The notes beneath the pieces are model-generated. The model did no database searches. It worked only from the letters and a program-made list of their open reading frames with translations, and had not been told where the DNA came from. The position numbers were made by a program, and so were the translations under genes. Shown here piece by piece: positions 13,314 to 28,800 of a stretch of 64,000 nt of DNA. This stretch comes from the human T2T-CHM13v2.0 reference genome, Homo sapiens, in assembly GCF_009914755.1 (NCBI RefSeq), contig NC_060928.1; one strand, written 5' to 3'. The first letter of the stretch is position 1, and each line of letters starts with the position of its first letter.

Positions 13314-14244
13314 AGATATACGTACAAGCATACATTCACATATGGGAGTCCTGGATCATGGTTTAGGATGCATTTCTTTTGTGGGTTATAATCAAAAAAG
13401 ATTCAAAAATGCTAATCTAGGCCCAGCCTTGGAGGGCTCTGTGGCTATTAAACAGCTTGAAGCATAAGCAACCATGTAGAAAGATGCTGAATTTGGGGCA
13501 ATGTCTTTGCAGGAGCACCATGTCCATAACCATACCAAAAACATGCTTGGCAAAATAGAGAGGTGCTTTGGATTGCCTTGAACTAGCTACTCATTAAGAA
13601 GTATTTGGTGACTCTGTTCTCTTTACAAGCCATCTGTATTGCCAGTCTCATTTGACAGCCTTTCTACTCAAAGGCCCCTAATTATTTAATTACTAATAGT
13701 AAGTTGATAGGAATTTATAACAAAAAACTTCAATTGACCTCTGATAGTAGGTGACAACATTTATTTCTATTATAAGAAAATTCCTTGGGAAATTCTACTT
13801 TGAAATTTGGACTCAGATGTTTAATACCTTTTAGGCAGTACATTCACCTAAGGAAGGTATTGTTTGAGGAAGCAGACATTGTTAAATACCTTTCCTTCCA
13901 AATTACTCAGAATGATAAAGAGCTAGGTCCCCTTGCAGGCATATACATTCACTTGGTGTTTCCTATATTGCCTGGAGTTTCTGCTTTCACTTCTATTTCA
14001 AGCATCCTTCCTGTACGTAAAAACAGGGGGTTCCTACAAAGGAGGAAATGAAACCAGCAGCTGTAATCATGAAAATGAGAAAGTATTTTTTCCCTCCAAC
14101 CTGTATAAATGGTGGAGTCTATGTCATAACTGAAGAATATTCTTCCTATATCTTAGCTTTTTCAGATCAACATTCTAATGTTGACTCTCTTTGAGATTCT
14201 AACCAGGAGTAGCACCTTGTGCTTATCTACAGCCTCCTCATGGA

Positions 14245-14335
14245 ACCAAATCATTTCATTTTACAAATGAAGAAACTGAGGCCTAGGTAAGCTTGTCACT
14301 AGCCCAAGTTCAGAAAACCTGTTACTGGGAGATCT
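14245..14335 (-). mobile_element. MIR core fragment
   Basis: cattttacaaatgaagaaactgaggcc. Confidence 0.65.
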
Positions 14336-16259
14336 GACATGGTGAAAGTGTTCCACAGCAGACTGGTTATATTACACTAACTTATTGCATTTAGACTCTT
14401 TTTCAAGGATGCCTTAAATCTTTGAGAGAAGTGTAATACCTGACTCAGGTATTTTAAATCTATTATTGAGTCTCCACATGGAAGTTTCTCCTCTTACTGA
14501 AAATCATGCTAGATGGGTACAACTAATAAATCCTAATACATTTAATAAGTGATATAATATGACCTTAAATTCCTTGCTATAGTTTCCATGTACTTCAGAA
14601 ACAGAGGAATAAAAGCTATATTTTCTTTCTCAAGATATCTGTGAGGAAGATCAATGGTGAGTAGATTTCCCTCTAGTATGGACATTCTGTGAACAAAATT
14701 CTCTTTATCCATTTGGATGCTATGAAGTAATATATTACCAATAAATATAAAAACAATACACCTGGTTTAAGTATAAGGCTTGAATCACTGCTACTTCAAA
14801 AGGAGTCGAAGGATTTTATTTATAGGTTGGAGAATACAGGAGATTCAGAAAAGGAATAGCCTTTTAAAAATCATTATTTCGAATGAGAAAAGGAAGACAA
14901 AGTTTAAAATAAGCAAGATGAGGAAAAAACTTTTTGACATCTGAGTAAACAAAACAACCTCAGATGTCTTTGATTAGTGTTTTCACACAGGGTGCTGTCA
15001 AGAAAGTTTCCATCCAAATGAATTCTATTTTTTAGTTCATATCTTTGTAAAATACATCTTGCTAGAAAAATGAATTTATCTTGTATAATTTATACAATAT
15101 GGTTAAAACTGACAAAAGAAAATAAAATATTAAGGCAAAATTAAAACAATCTGGTAAAAAAAATTATGTTCAAATATCAAATACATAAATTCACAAAATA
15201 AGTGGAAAAATCTAAATACACTGATATGTACAATGACCAATAAATATACACATTGACATATACCCTTTCAATATACTAGGCAATAATTGAGCTCTTAATG
15301 GAGATTATGTTGCAAAGCAAAAATATTTATGATATGTAGAGATGTTACAAACTTGTACTATATATACAAAATGATGAGCTCTATAATTCCATCTTATTAC
15401 TCCCATTTAAAAGAAAACCAGCAGTCATTTAAATGGTAGTTTCTGAAAGACCATAATATTAAGAGTGGGTATCTTTGGTAAAAGTTTTGAGATCTAAAAA
15501 GTTTTTATTTTTAAAATTTTGTAAAATAGCCACAAATTAAAGTTTTTAGGGTAATAAATATGTTTTGATTTTGGAGAAAATAATCTGCCCTTCCTTTCTG
15601 CAAATATTATTTCCACTGTCAAGTTTGTGGTCAATAAAGCTCAACAATTGGCTAGGATTTCCTCAATTTATATTAAAAAGTACTTCATTTTTCCTGAATT
15701 CACCTGGAAGTCTCTGTTAATGAGATCATAGATGAGAATATAAAACAAAACAAAAACAAAACACACTGAAACCGACAAACTGACAAATTTGACACACTAA
15801 AGTTCAGGTATTTTGCTCACGTACTGATTCAGAGCCTATTTCCTGTTACCTTATCCATAATTTTTGTACACATAGCTATTTGACTTCCAAGACTTTAGTA
15901 GATTAGAGCCAACAAGTTGAATGGGGGTTGAGAAGGGGTGGAGTAGCTACTGATAGTGTGGCAACAAGGAAAGGAACAGAAAATTATAAAAAGAAAACCT
16001 TGAAGCATCCGGTTGATATACAGATTGTGGCATAGGGGCAAACAAGTCTACAACCTTCAGTAGGTCCCAGATCATTAATATATAATTGTAGAGGAAAATA
16101 ACTAAATTTTAACAATAGTTAACACTGAGTAATAAAGAAAGGCAAAAATATAACCAGAATATACTTTTTAAGAAGCTGAAAAATGAATTACATTGTTTAA
16201 TATAATTCCACATAAAAAGCTTACAATAAAATTAATCTAGTGTTTCAAGGGACAAATGA

Positions 16260-16597
<338 letters not shown>

Positions 16598-18852
16598 TAG
16601 GATCACTTATTTTTAGGGTAATTAAAAAAAAACTTCTGCTGACTTTTTGCATCACTTGAGAACACGTGCTTCTTTCTTAGTGTTAGCCCAATATTAGGGC
16701 TATTATGCTAATATTTCTGCCCAACTGAAACCATATAGACAGGTCATAATGGTACCAAAAGACAAGAATGTGACTAGCTTGTCCCGTCCTTGCTTTCTAT
16801 GGATGTTCATCCTTGCATCCACTGTGGACTAATACATGTTTTATGCTGGCAGATCAGTACATTACTCCTGTGCAGCTAGTTCTGTTGTTGCCTGGTAGAG
16901 CTTGCTGATGTCCTTTCTATGGCACAGCCAGCTGCTTGCAAAGAGCAGATCAGGGTTAGACATAGTTCTAACCCTGGAGAACTGGGTTCCAGTTGCCAGA
17001 GCTCAGTCCTAAAATTGGGCAATCTAGCATCCGGGTGATGATAACAACACTGACAAACTGCTGACACAGAACCCCCAAATTCTTTATCATCACAGAATAA
17101 ATAATACTCCTTAAAATGAATCATAGGCAAACCCTTAGGTCAAAATCCAGTTGGGTGTATTTTTGACTTGTTCCTTTGAGTGAGGGCCCCTCTTCCTATC
17201 CTTCTTCCTCCATTTAGGTACTCAAGTTTTTCTAGTGTAAAAGTGTCACTTTTGTGAATGTGAGTCCCCTCTTTGCCTTTCTCTCTCAACATTTCCATTT
17301 CCCTCATCTTCTAGTCTGGAGGTTGCTCTGCTGAGTCCCCGCCTCCCACAGCTCCTTGGCCACAGTCCGAGGCTGGTGGGTGGAACGCTGTTTGTCAGGG
17401 ACTGTCTGGGTCAGAAGTGGCTGGGCTGCTGCTCAGCTGGAGGGACAGACACGGTCTCCAGCTGCACAGCCAGTGGATAAAGGACCCTTTCACTGTCCTC
17501 TCTTCTCCTCACAGGATAACGGATCACAGGAGTTTCTTTTTCCTTTCCTGCTCTTTACCCAGCTGTCACAGCATCCCCTTCCCTAGCATTCTGCCTCCCA
17601 GATGGAACATGGGGACAGAAAGCTAGAGAGATCCATCATTGGCACCTGGAAACTATCTACCCCAAATTTATATCTAAAAGGAAAGAGTCTCATCTAAATC
17701 AAAATATTTGCCCTCTTGTCAAGCGTCATGTCCCCTTCAATTCCTCAGTTTCCACTGAATTTCCGTCTGGAGATTTTTATTCCCATTTCTCTTGCAGCCA
17801 AGGTCAGCAATCCCCCAGTCACTTGTTGTGGGGGCTACTTTTCTTCAATAGACTGTTTGTTTTGTTTTCGACTCAGTTTCTTGTTTCAATTTCTGCTTTT
17901 CTTTCCCCTTTTCACTCCTCCCTAGCCAGTTGCTCTCTGACCCTTCACTAATTCCGCCTCCTCCTCTCCTGATTTCTTTCCAGATTGTTCTTCACTCTGT
18001 CCCATTTCACTCTCTGGCCTCACGCCCCTCCCAATGTCACCCATCCCTTTCTCATTCTCATTTGTTCCCCTTATTCTTTTGGTAATTTCTGCCCCCGTGA
18101 TCCTTATCTTTTCTGTCCTAAATGTTCTGTTTGTCTTCCTTTCCCTCATCCGATAAACTGAATCCAGTGAGAAGGAAAGACACTTCCTGCCCTATGAAAT
18201 TGTGCCATTGCATTTTAACAAAAATAAGCACTGCCAGTAAAATTGCTTAACACTAATGAAACATAAATGTTTGTAGAAAGACAGGAAGCAGGACAAAAAG
18301 TGCTTATTTGCTATGATTGAAGTTAAAATTTGAAACTGTGAACTGAAAAGGAGACATTCTTTTAATAGTTAATGAGCCAAAGTTGGTAAACGCAGTGTTA
18401 ATATTTCTAGGGTTTATGACCAATTCTGTCCTACTAAGCATGTTAATCAAATATTGGACAATTTATTACCTCTTTGTATAATTCTTGTTTTTTAAAATTA
18501 TTAATTTTAATAGCATAAATCCATTGTAAAAAAAATTAAAAATAGAAAAGGATATACCATGAAGTTATTTTCCCCTGTACCCAAATCCTAGGCCACTTTT
18601 CCAAATGTAAACACAGTTCATTCATAATAATAATGTGTATATGTATGTTTATATAACATGCACATAAATAATATGTATATATAACTATGTTTCTCTATAC
18701 GTTTATTCTCCCCTTTTTATACAAATGGAAGCATACTATACATATTATAATGCAACTTGCTTCATTCACATAACGATACAGGATGGAATAAATTTCACAT
18801 AAGCACATATAAATCTACTTCACTCTTTTCCATGATTGCATAGCACCCCCAC

Positions 18853-19105
18853 TTTTTTAGAGATTCAGGGGATTCATGTGCAGGTTTCTTACATGGATAT
18901 AATGCATAATGGTTTCTTACATGGATATAATGCATAATGGTTTCTTACATGGATATAATGCATAATGGTTTCTTACATGGATATAATGCATAATGGTGAG
19001 GTTTGGGTTTCTAGCATACCCATCACCCAGATAGTGAATACTGTACCCAATAGGTAAGTTTTTAACCCTTACCCCACTTCCACCCTTCCCCCTTTTGAGA
19101 ACTCC
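18853..19105 (-). mobile_element. L1PB/L1MA-type extreme 3' end
   Basis: tagagattcagggg..catgtgcaggtttcttacatgg..cccatcacccagatagtgaatactgtacccaataggt. Confidence 0.8.
18883..18994. repeat. Minisatellite, 28 bp x 4 perfect copies
   Basis: Unit ggtttcttacatggatataatgcataat starts at 18883, 18911, 18939 and 18967. Confidence 0.98.
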
Positions 19106-19200
19106 ATATTATCAATATACCATAACTCAGCAATTCTAAACATTTTTGGTCTCTGAAAACTTTATATTCTTAAAAATTACTAAAGATCCCAAAGAGATAG

Positions 19201-19224
19201 ATCTATCTATCTATCTATCTATCT
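19201..19224. repeat. (ATCT)6 microsatellite
   Basis: atctatctatctatctatctatct. Confidence 0.9.
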
Positions 19225-19539
19225 CTATGTATCAGAAATTAATCATGATACATTTAAAAATATATTAATTAAAAGTTAATCTATTTATAAGCCCCTCGCA
19301 TATTAATATAAACAATACACTTTTGGTGAAAATTAAAATTAATATATTTTTCAGAATAAAAAGATTTAGTGAGAAAAAAATGGCATTACTTTATAAAATT
19401 TGTAACTCTCTTTAATGTTTGGCCTAATTGAGGATAATTGAATTCTCATATTTGCTTCTGCATTAAATCTGTTGCAGATAATGTTTTGGTTGCAGTAAAT
19501 CTGGCCTAACACAGATATGGAAGTAGAAAAGGGAGGAGT

Positions 19540-19827
<288 letters not shown>

Positions 19828-19906
19828 GGGAGGAGTATTTTAATAGGCTTTTTAGATAATTGCAAATGTTCTTCTCCAACTACACTGAAACTCAAAGTGG
19901 TAGTTT

Positions 19907-20218
19907 TTTGTTTTTTGTTTTTGTTTTTGTTTCAGAGACAGCTCTCACTCTTGTCTCCCAGGCTGGAGTGCAGTAGTGTTATCATAGCTCACTGCAGCCT
20001 GGAACTCCTGGGCTCAAGCCATCCTCCTGCCTCAAGCTTCCCAAGTAGCTGGGATTACAGTTGCGTGCTACCATGCCTGGATAATTTTTTAAAACTTTTG
20101 AAGAGGCAGGGTCTCAGTATGTTAATGAGACTAGTCTTGAGCTCCTGTGCTCAAGTGATCCTCCCATCTCAGCCTCCCAAAATGCTAGGATAACAGACAT
20201 GAACCACTGAGCCCTGCC
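19907..20218 (-). mobile_element. AluJ-like
   Basis: atcatagctcactgcagcctggaactcctgggctcaagc diagnostics; TSD aaagtggtagttt at 19894-19906 and 20219-20231. Confidence 0.92.
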
Positions 20219-20228
20219 AAAGTGGTAG

Positions 20229-20552
<324 letters not shown>

Positions 20553-20784
20553 GGTAGTTTCTTAAAGATTAGTTGCATTACAGAATTTGAAGCTACCTCA
20601 ATAAACTTTTCCTACTTTGTTATATTAAATTCTATTGAGCTATCTTACACTTTGAATGAATCATTTACCCATATATGATTTTATAGCATCATGCATTAAC
20701 CATTTATTTCAAATGTTGACATATTTTATATGATACTACAAAATTATATTAATATCAACACCAATCTTCCCAGAAAGTTATTAA

Positions 20785-21150
<366 letters not shown>

Positions 21151-22470
21151 TGAAAGCTCAAATTGTACCATTGTCAAGAAATATGGACCATTGCTTTCCT
21201 TGAATTGGCAAGTTCACTTCATTTATTTTTGAGAAAGTATCTTTCAAATACTCAGTTCTGTCATTTTATCTGTCAGTCATTTTTTCAAGAAAAATGTTAC
21301 TCCACTATAGTTCAACTTCCAATTGAAACAATTGCAGAGTGTTTTTTCTTGAGACAACCCCTGAACTTCAAGATGCAGCAAAAATGCTTTTTTCATGCTT
21401 CCCATTTTGTCACATGAAATATTAAAACACAAGTACTCAAGAAGTCAAGATTTAATGAAATTGGTCATCACCTACACTGCTTCATTAAGGATATTCTTAA
21501 GTAAAATTTTTATTTTTTCAAATGAAACTGTGTGGTAGTGAAGAATATAACTACGAAGATAGTGGGAGCCATTACCTTGATTCATGCTAAGCACCATAAG
21601 TTTTACCTACCATTGCTTTTGCATTTGCAGTGGAAATGTCAAAACAATGAAAACGGTGAGGAATGTTTTTGTATTACTAAGAAAATAGCTTTCTTCTTAT
21701 AGTCAACCACAGAAGTCTATGGGCCACATTTTAAGAACTGCTACCATTATTTATTTCACCTGTCCCACCTTGTTGAACACAAACTGTTTCTGGTCCTTTG
21801 CTGATACAAACATGTCTACAATAAATATCCTTAAATCAACATTTCTTGATATTCCATTTTCGTTATATTTTAAATTATTTCAGCTTCAAGGGTATTAAAA
21901 GAGCTACAAAATTCTTTTATTTTCTGTCATTCTTCTCTTGACTACCAAAGTATCTATTGACAGCAAGGATGATATCCTGTTAAAAGGAACAACCAACCAC
22001 CTTCTGTTATTAAAATAGCATTCTTTGGCATATGAAGTTGTCAGTTGACCTGCATTTAGAGATTCATGGGATGAGTGGGCTTTATTCTATATAATTCTTT
22101 ATAGAAAAAAAATAGAGAAATTTGAACAGAATTGTGCTATGATCCTCATCATTCTGGTGCTTTTGGAAATTTTCAGACAAAACAGAAAATGGAAGTTATT
22201 GATTTAGAATATCTGTTATTTGAGAATAACTGGATTGATGCAGAAACTAAAGTGCTGATAATAATCCATGTAGTCATTTGAAAAATCTTTTCTTAGGAAT
22301 CTACTATGTTTATTACATTGTACCAATACCAGCCATTGCAGAGACAGTAGAAATGCACTGGGAACAGGCCCTGGCAGCAAGGAGCTTAACAACAGTAGTT
22401 GAAAAGCTTTTGCAAAGTCAACTGAAAAGATCACATCCACTTCTTTCAGTTTAAGAATCATGGAGAGTAA

Positions 22471-22850
22471 TGTGTTAGTCCATTTTGTGATTCTATAAAG
22501 GAATATCTGAAGCCACATAATTTATCGAGAATAGAAGTTTATTTGGTTCAGAGTTCTGCGGAATGTACAAGAAGCATGGCACCAGAATCTGCTTCTGGTG
22601 AGGCCTCAGGAAGCTTTTACTCATGGCAGAAAGCAAAGACAGAACAAGAGAGATGCCAGGCTCTTTTAAATAATCAGATCTCATGTGAACTAACAAGGTG
22701 AGAACTCACTTATTACCACAAAGGTGGCATCAAACCATTCAGGAGAGATCCACCCCCTTGACCCAAAGCCCTCACACCAGCCCCCACCTCCAACAAGGGG
22801 ATCACATTTCAACATGAGATTTGGAGGGGGGAAGTATCCAAACTATATCA
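22471..22850 (-). mobile_element. MaLR solo LTR (MSTB-like)
   Basis: tgtgttagtccatttt..aagaagcatggcacc..ccaaactatatca; near-TSD agtaa/agtag. Confidence 0.9.
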
Positions 22851-22895
22851 AGTAGATTGAGCTTAGGCAATGCAAATATATGATCTTTCATCTTA

Positions 22896-23190
<295 letters not shown>

Positions 23191-23274
23191 CTAATAATAG
23201 ACTAACAGTTCCTCTCTAAGTCTCATTTTATCATTCTACTTTTTATATAACCCTGGTAGAAAATTTTGGTAGAA

Positions 23275-23480
23275 AACTAACATTTACTAAATACCTACTA
23301 TCTGTTGCATGTGCTTTCTATACAAATTTTATTCAATATTTACAACAATCCTATGGGAGTATTGTATCCTCACTTTACAGATAAGGACACTGAGACTCAG
23401 AAAGTGCAGGAACTTGCCTAAGACTACAAACAAACAAGTGGCTAAATTAGGATTTGTCTACTTCTGTCCACTATCAAAAT
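23275..23480 (-). mobile_element. MIR
   Basis: aacatttact..ctactat..ctttacagataaggacactgagactcagaaag. Confidence 0.75.
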
Positions 23481-23494
23481 CCATGCTACTTCCT

Positions 23495-23678
23495 CAATTT
23501 TTCAAAGGTGTTTCATGGAGCTGGCATCAAAATCACCTGGGTACTTATTTTGCAGACAGACTACAGGGCCTCACTCCAAATCTACTGAACCAGAATGTCT
23601 CACAGTAGGGCCTGATATCTGCATTTGCAATAAGCCTGTTAGGTGATTCTCAGGCACTGGAACACTTGAGGACCACTG
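23495..23678. mobile_element. MER5A hAT MITE
   Basis: atcacctggg..ctactgaaccagaa..ctgcatt..ggtgattct..ttgaggaccactg. Confidence 0.8.
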
Positions 23679-26600
23679 CTTTAAATTATACTACCTCCAG
23701 AGCTCAGCCACCAATTATTTCTTCAAACAAAAGATATTTTTTTTCTAATATTCAAACTTGGTGGGTTCCAAAAGTAATAACTTTTGGAATAGATCCTACT
23801 TGGAAACTCCAGTTTTCTTAAATAATAACCAGGTAGTGTTTCTGTTGGCAACTTTGTACAATTGGTCTCTTCTGGTGATTTAACTAAACATTCATTCTCC
23901 CTGTGAACTGTTTCCCTTTCCAAGAGATTTTCATAGGCCCCTCACAAGGTTAAGTGGAAGCTTTTCTCTGAAAAAGCCAATTCTGTGTGTTCACACTGAC
24001 ATTTCAGCAATGGAAATTGTGGCTATATAGTCTCCCAACTTTAGCAAAGGACCCCAGGATACATTATTTTTCATATTGTTGAAAAACTAAAACAAGAATC
24101 AACTTTTCCTGACACTTATTACAGCAGAATCATTTAAAAGCTATTACTGAGTTTTTTTTTTTTTTAGATCTATGGCTCTATGCCCACTGAATATATCCAA
24201 TTCATATATTTTACATTACAGAATAATAAAGATTAACTAAGTCCATGTGATGTGACTTTTACAACACACTCCTGGCTTACAATTTAATAAATTTTGCAAG
24301 GCATATTTGTTCAAGCTTGACATGCCCTTGAATCTACAAACAGAATGTTAATGCCTACCTTCTGCAGTCTCTTATCTGTAAGAATATCTAAAATGCTCCA
24401 GATCACTGATGCTGTTGGGAAGTAGCCTCTACTTGTCTGTTATAAAATGCATTTCTAGATTTAAAATATAGTTCAGCATAGGTCAAGCTCTGATAGAAGC
24501 TTTTGCCTAGGAGGAAAGACTGAAGCAGCACCAAGTCAGGGCCCTCGGAAAAGTCTACTACACAACCGGGTAGCATTATTACATCAAAACAAGTATTGAA
24601 GGAGGGTGAGAAACTCCAATCAAATCTGGGCCAGACTCAGTGGTCAGAGAAAACAAAATGGATCTTAGAGGTTTCAGGAACTCATCTTGTTCCGATTTTG
24701 AGGTATCTGCCCTCAGTAGCCATGGTAGGATTATCCAGTAAGCCTGGAAGCCCAAGGTGAGACCAGTGAGGAAGTCCTAATTCAATGAAAAACAGTCCCA
24801 TAGAAACTAGCTGAGAAAGTTATGTAGGGCTGAAGAGTTAAAAGGAAGTAGGCCTAGTAGGTGGGCCAGGCAAGCATAGTCACCATGGTCACAAAGGTTA
24901 GGGGAGGCTGTAGCTCATGGCTTACATGGGCACTAGGCTTCTGTTCACCCAGCAGCGTAGAGGAAACACTGCTTTGAGATCTACTTGCAAGTGGGAGGAG
25001 ATGGGGACCAGCCCTAATGCAAAACCTGTTTGGTTCTCATTGGTGTGTTGCTTTGGCTGGTCTAAATTTGGATATAATATCATCATTAATACCTGTAAAT
25101 TTATTTGCATGTTTTAATACAGTCTCACTGGCTAGTGCCTTTGGGTTATCAATGTCCTACTGAGATTCATCATCAAGTACGGTAAATTTTGGAGTCTTTG
25201 TTGAATGCTTTATTGAGGCTGGAAGGGATATTATACCTAAAGTTGATGTCCAGAACCATCTGGACAGGTGAACCTTAGTTTATTGTATGCCAGCTCCAAC
25301 AGATATTTTGATGTTTGAAAGCCTCTGGTTCATCTTGTTATGATAATAAGAATGTATATTTAATTGGTAGGAGCTCAGACTGATTCATGTCAAACTACAA
25401 GAGGACAACAATCAGAGTCCCTTGAAATAATAGCATGATTTCCTCCCTAGAATTCATCATTTATAAGCAAGACATTTATACTAATGGCTTGTGAGCAGTT
25501 TTAATTCCTCAGATATGCATATTTTATCTTGGCCATGCTATATGCAAGACTTCTGCAAATTATTTAAAAGAAGAAAATGTTTTAGCCAGAATCTATGCCT
25601 AATAGTCTGGAGTAAAATTTGAGAGAAATATAAAGCTGCAGCACTATGATAAAGTCATAGAAAGTGATTAAGAATCTTTAGACCAGAACCTACCTGGCTC
25701 TTTCAGGACTTTAGAACTTCCTTAATAATTATGCAAAACAGCATCAGTGCTTCTTGCTCCATCCCTCGTGTTAACAATCATAACGCTGTACATATAGGAG
25801 TGGTATCTGGGAATTTCCAGCAATAAATTTTGTAGTTCCCTCAGTTGACTTTCAGAAATTGTGGGCTTGAAACTTATCTGTGTTGATAGTATCGTGCTGG
25901 ATGATGTGAGCAAGGGCTCAGCTGAAAGGATGTGACAATCTGGTAGGGATAGCGGTACTGAAGATGTTCCATTACACACCAAAAAAAAAGTGGAGTCATT
26001 CTTGGAGAGTTATTTACATGGACTCTCCCTGTTCTGCTTTAGATGAAAACTTTTAAAACAAATAAAAGTCATATGGATATTTTTGAGTGTGCTCTTACTC
26101 TGCTCATTTTGACACAACTGTTAAATACTGCAAGGAACTGTAAGTAGACTGATGTGACTTCTGCTACAGTGAATGAAATCACAAGCCTGTCTTCTATAAT
26201 AGCCAGGGTCCAGCAGTAACAGCAGGGAGGACTATGAAGGTGCTCTTTCCAGCATAACCAGGCAAGAGTAGTATCACTAGAAGGAACTCCTCTAACACCA
26301 CTTGGCATAGGTATTTCAACCAGCCTGTGCCTGGGGATCACCAGGACTGGAAAGATACAAACCAGTGATTCTTCTTGGATCCCAGCTACTGCTGAAGACA
26401 TCTAATATTTCTATTTTTACTAATATACACAGACAGCTTTGAAAAGAGATCTTTCCCGCATTTTATAAGATTGCATTAGGTAAGCAGGAAAGTGTCATAT
26501 AATCTGAGGACACTCTAGTTCACCATTATTACTGCACTCTATCTGATTTCCCATAGTTGTGCCATTGGTGATGGAGTGTGAGTTTAACCAATGGTGGCTT

Positions 26601-27092
26601 CTGTTTCAGTGCTGATACATGTTGTTCAAACAAAAAGAGTATTTGGATATAATGATTATTTAAAAATTGTTGTCGGACATTCTGGAATAAAGCAACTGAC
26701 ACTCAACTGTGCTGTCTTGTGGATTTAAGGGGAAGGGTATTCAGAAAAGTGGTTATGAATCTTTCTAAGAACATAGCTCTCATACTTGAGTCCTCAGAAC
26801 ACAGATTCATTAGACAGCCAACCCTAAGCAACAAGCAATGGTGAAGACGTGTCCAGCTTGCTAAGCCGCCTGGCTTTTCTCCATATGGGGAATTAGTCTG
26901 TCTTGTCTTTTGCTGAAAAGGATCACATTTCAGCTCAAAAGTAGCAACACAGATTTGGTCAAGGACTTCTCCCCCTAGCTTCACCCCACCCCCGAACCTA
27001 CACACCCAGATGGGAATGTGGTGGTTTAGCAAATTGAATGCAAGTTCAGAGATTGCTTTAAACAACAAAAGCAACAATTTGATGTAATTTGC

Positions 27093-27163
27093 AAAAAAAA
27101 AAAAAGAGAAAGAGAGATACACACACACATACATATATACATATAAAGAAAGCAAGCAAGCAG
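27093..27163. repeat. Compound A/(GA)/(CA)/(TA)/(AAGC) microsatellite
   Basis: Directly visible low-complexity run. Confidence 0.8.
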
Positions 27164-28139
27164 CTAGTTGCAAAGTAATCAAAGAGCAAATAACACTGGA
27201 ACCCAATTTGCCAATTGCTTCATGTCTAAGTAGAAGTCCAGAACCAGCTGGATACCACTGAAGCCTGCAAAGTTAACCTCCCATTTAACTCTTTTTTGAT
27301 CTTAGTGCTTAATGCAGGCCAACATCTGCTCACACATTAACTGTGGAATATTCCAGATCAAAGAGCCTCTAATTATCTGAGATTTCTTCAGAACTTAAAT
27401 TTCACTAGCTCAACTAGTAAGATAAAAATATATCTTAGGTATAAGCACCTGAATAAACCTGCTAGATATTCAAAGACAGCAGGATAGAGGAAGATGCCTG
27501 TAACAAATACTGTTCACACACATTTGTTTTCTACTTCACTTTAAAAGAATGTAGTAAAACCATTTTTCTTAACTGGCAGACATTAAAGGGTTTCACCTGA
27601 AAGTTACTAAAATATTACAAATGGTTCACTAAGGTACATATGAACAACTTTCACCTAAGGATGTCAAAGCATCTAACAAGATGGGGGGACATTAAATCAA
27701 GAAAAGTTTAAAATGGAAGTTCATTTTAGTATTAAGAATATAACATCCTGCATGTTATTTGGGTTATAGTCCCAAATATACTGGAATTGTAGGAAACCAT
27801 GTCTTTGCCATACTTGTGTCTTGGACTCTGCCATAGTGCCGGCCTAGTACATGGTAGATGTTCAATAAATGTTTGTTGAGAGAATTGTAAAAAAAATAGT
27901 TCACAGGTCTCATTGCACTTCCACAAGTGTAAGAAAACTCGTTACTTATGGAATGCTTGGGGTCAAGTTTGACTGCTGGTTTATTGGCTGTTATTTTAAG
28001 TCATTTTATTATCCAAATTTAGCCAATATTTACCTTTAACTAAAGGCAGTTATATATCTTGCAAAAAATGATGGAAAAGAATAAAAAACAATTTAAATGA
28101 CTGTTAAGTTTTTCATACACATTGTCATATCATAGTCTT

Positions 28140-28800
28140 ATGAGAAACCCCACCATCATCTAACACGTTCTTTAACCTCTGCTTAAATTCTTCTAATAAT
28201 AGAGAAGACACTATCTCACACAGTAACACATTCTGGTTATATAAAGATCCTCCTCATTTGGAAGTAAATTCTGCCTCCCGTAAATTAAATGCTTTGTTTC
28301 TATATGAAAGCCGTCTAACTTTATGAAGGTCCTTCAAATATCTGAAAAGCATTATTATGTGTTCCATTCCCTCATTCCCCCAAACTGAATATCCTCATCC
28401 AAAATAAACATTTGTAGTCCCTAAGACACGGTTTACAGACCCTACTCCCTATTTTAGGCATCTTCCAGTCTGCTTACACCATTTTTCTAATATGAAATAC
28501 TAAAACCTGAAAAAAATTATTTTAGACCTTTTTTTCTATGATCATTGTCTTATACACTCTTGACTTATATTAAGCTTGATATTAACTGAAGCTTCGGAGA
28601 TGTTTTTATGTCAGTTACCATTACACAACATCAGCCTATGCTTTATTTGTGTGACTAATTTTTGTTTGTTTCTGAGTTTAGGACTTTACATTTATTTATA
28701 TTTAAAATTTTTCATCTCAATTTTTTTTTTGCATATTTCAAGCTATCATTATAGACTACTGAGACTTCTTCAGCCTTGAGTCTGTCATTCATATGACATA
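28140..28800 (-). mobile_element. L3/CR1 remnant
   Basis: cctctgcttaaattcttctaataatagaga..cttcaaatatctgaa..ggactttacatttat are CR1-like. Confidence 0.55.

Noticed and set aside
26069-27206. Minus-strand ORFs of 110 and 167 aa
   Set aside because: The longer one runs through a compound microsatellite from a non-ATG start; neither shows a recognisable domain.
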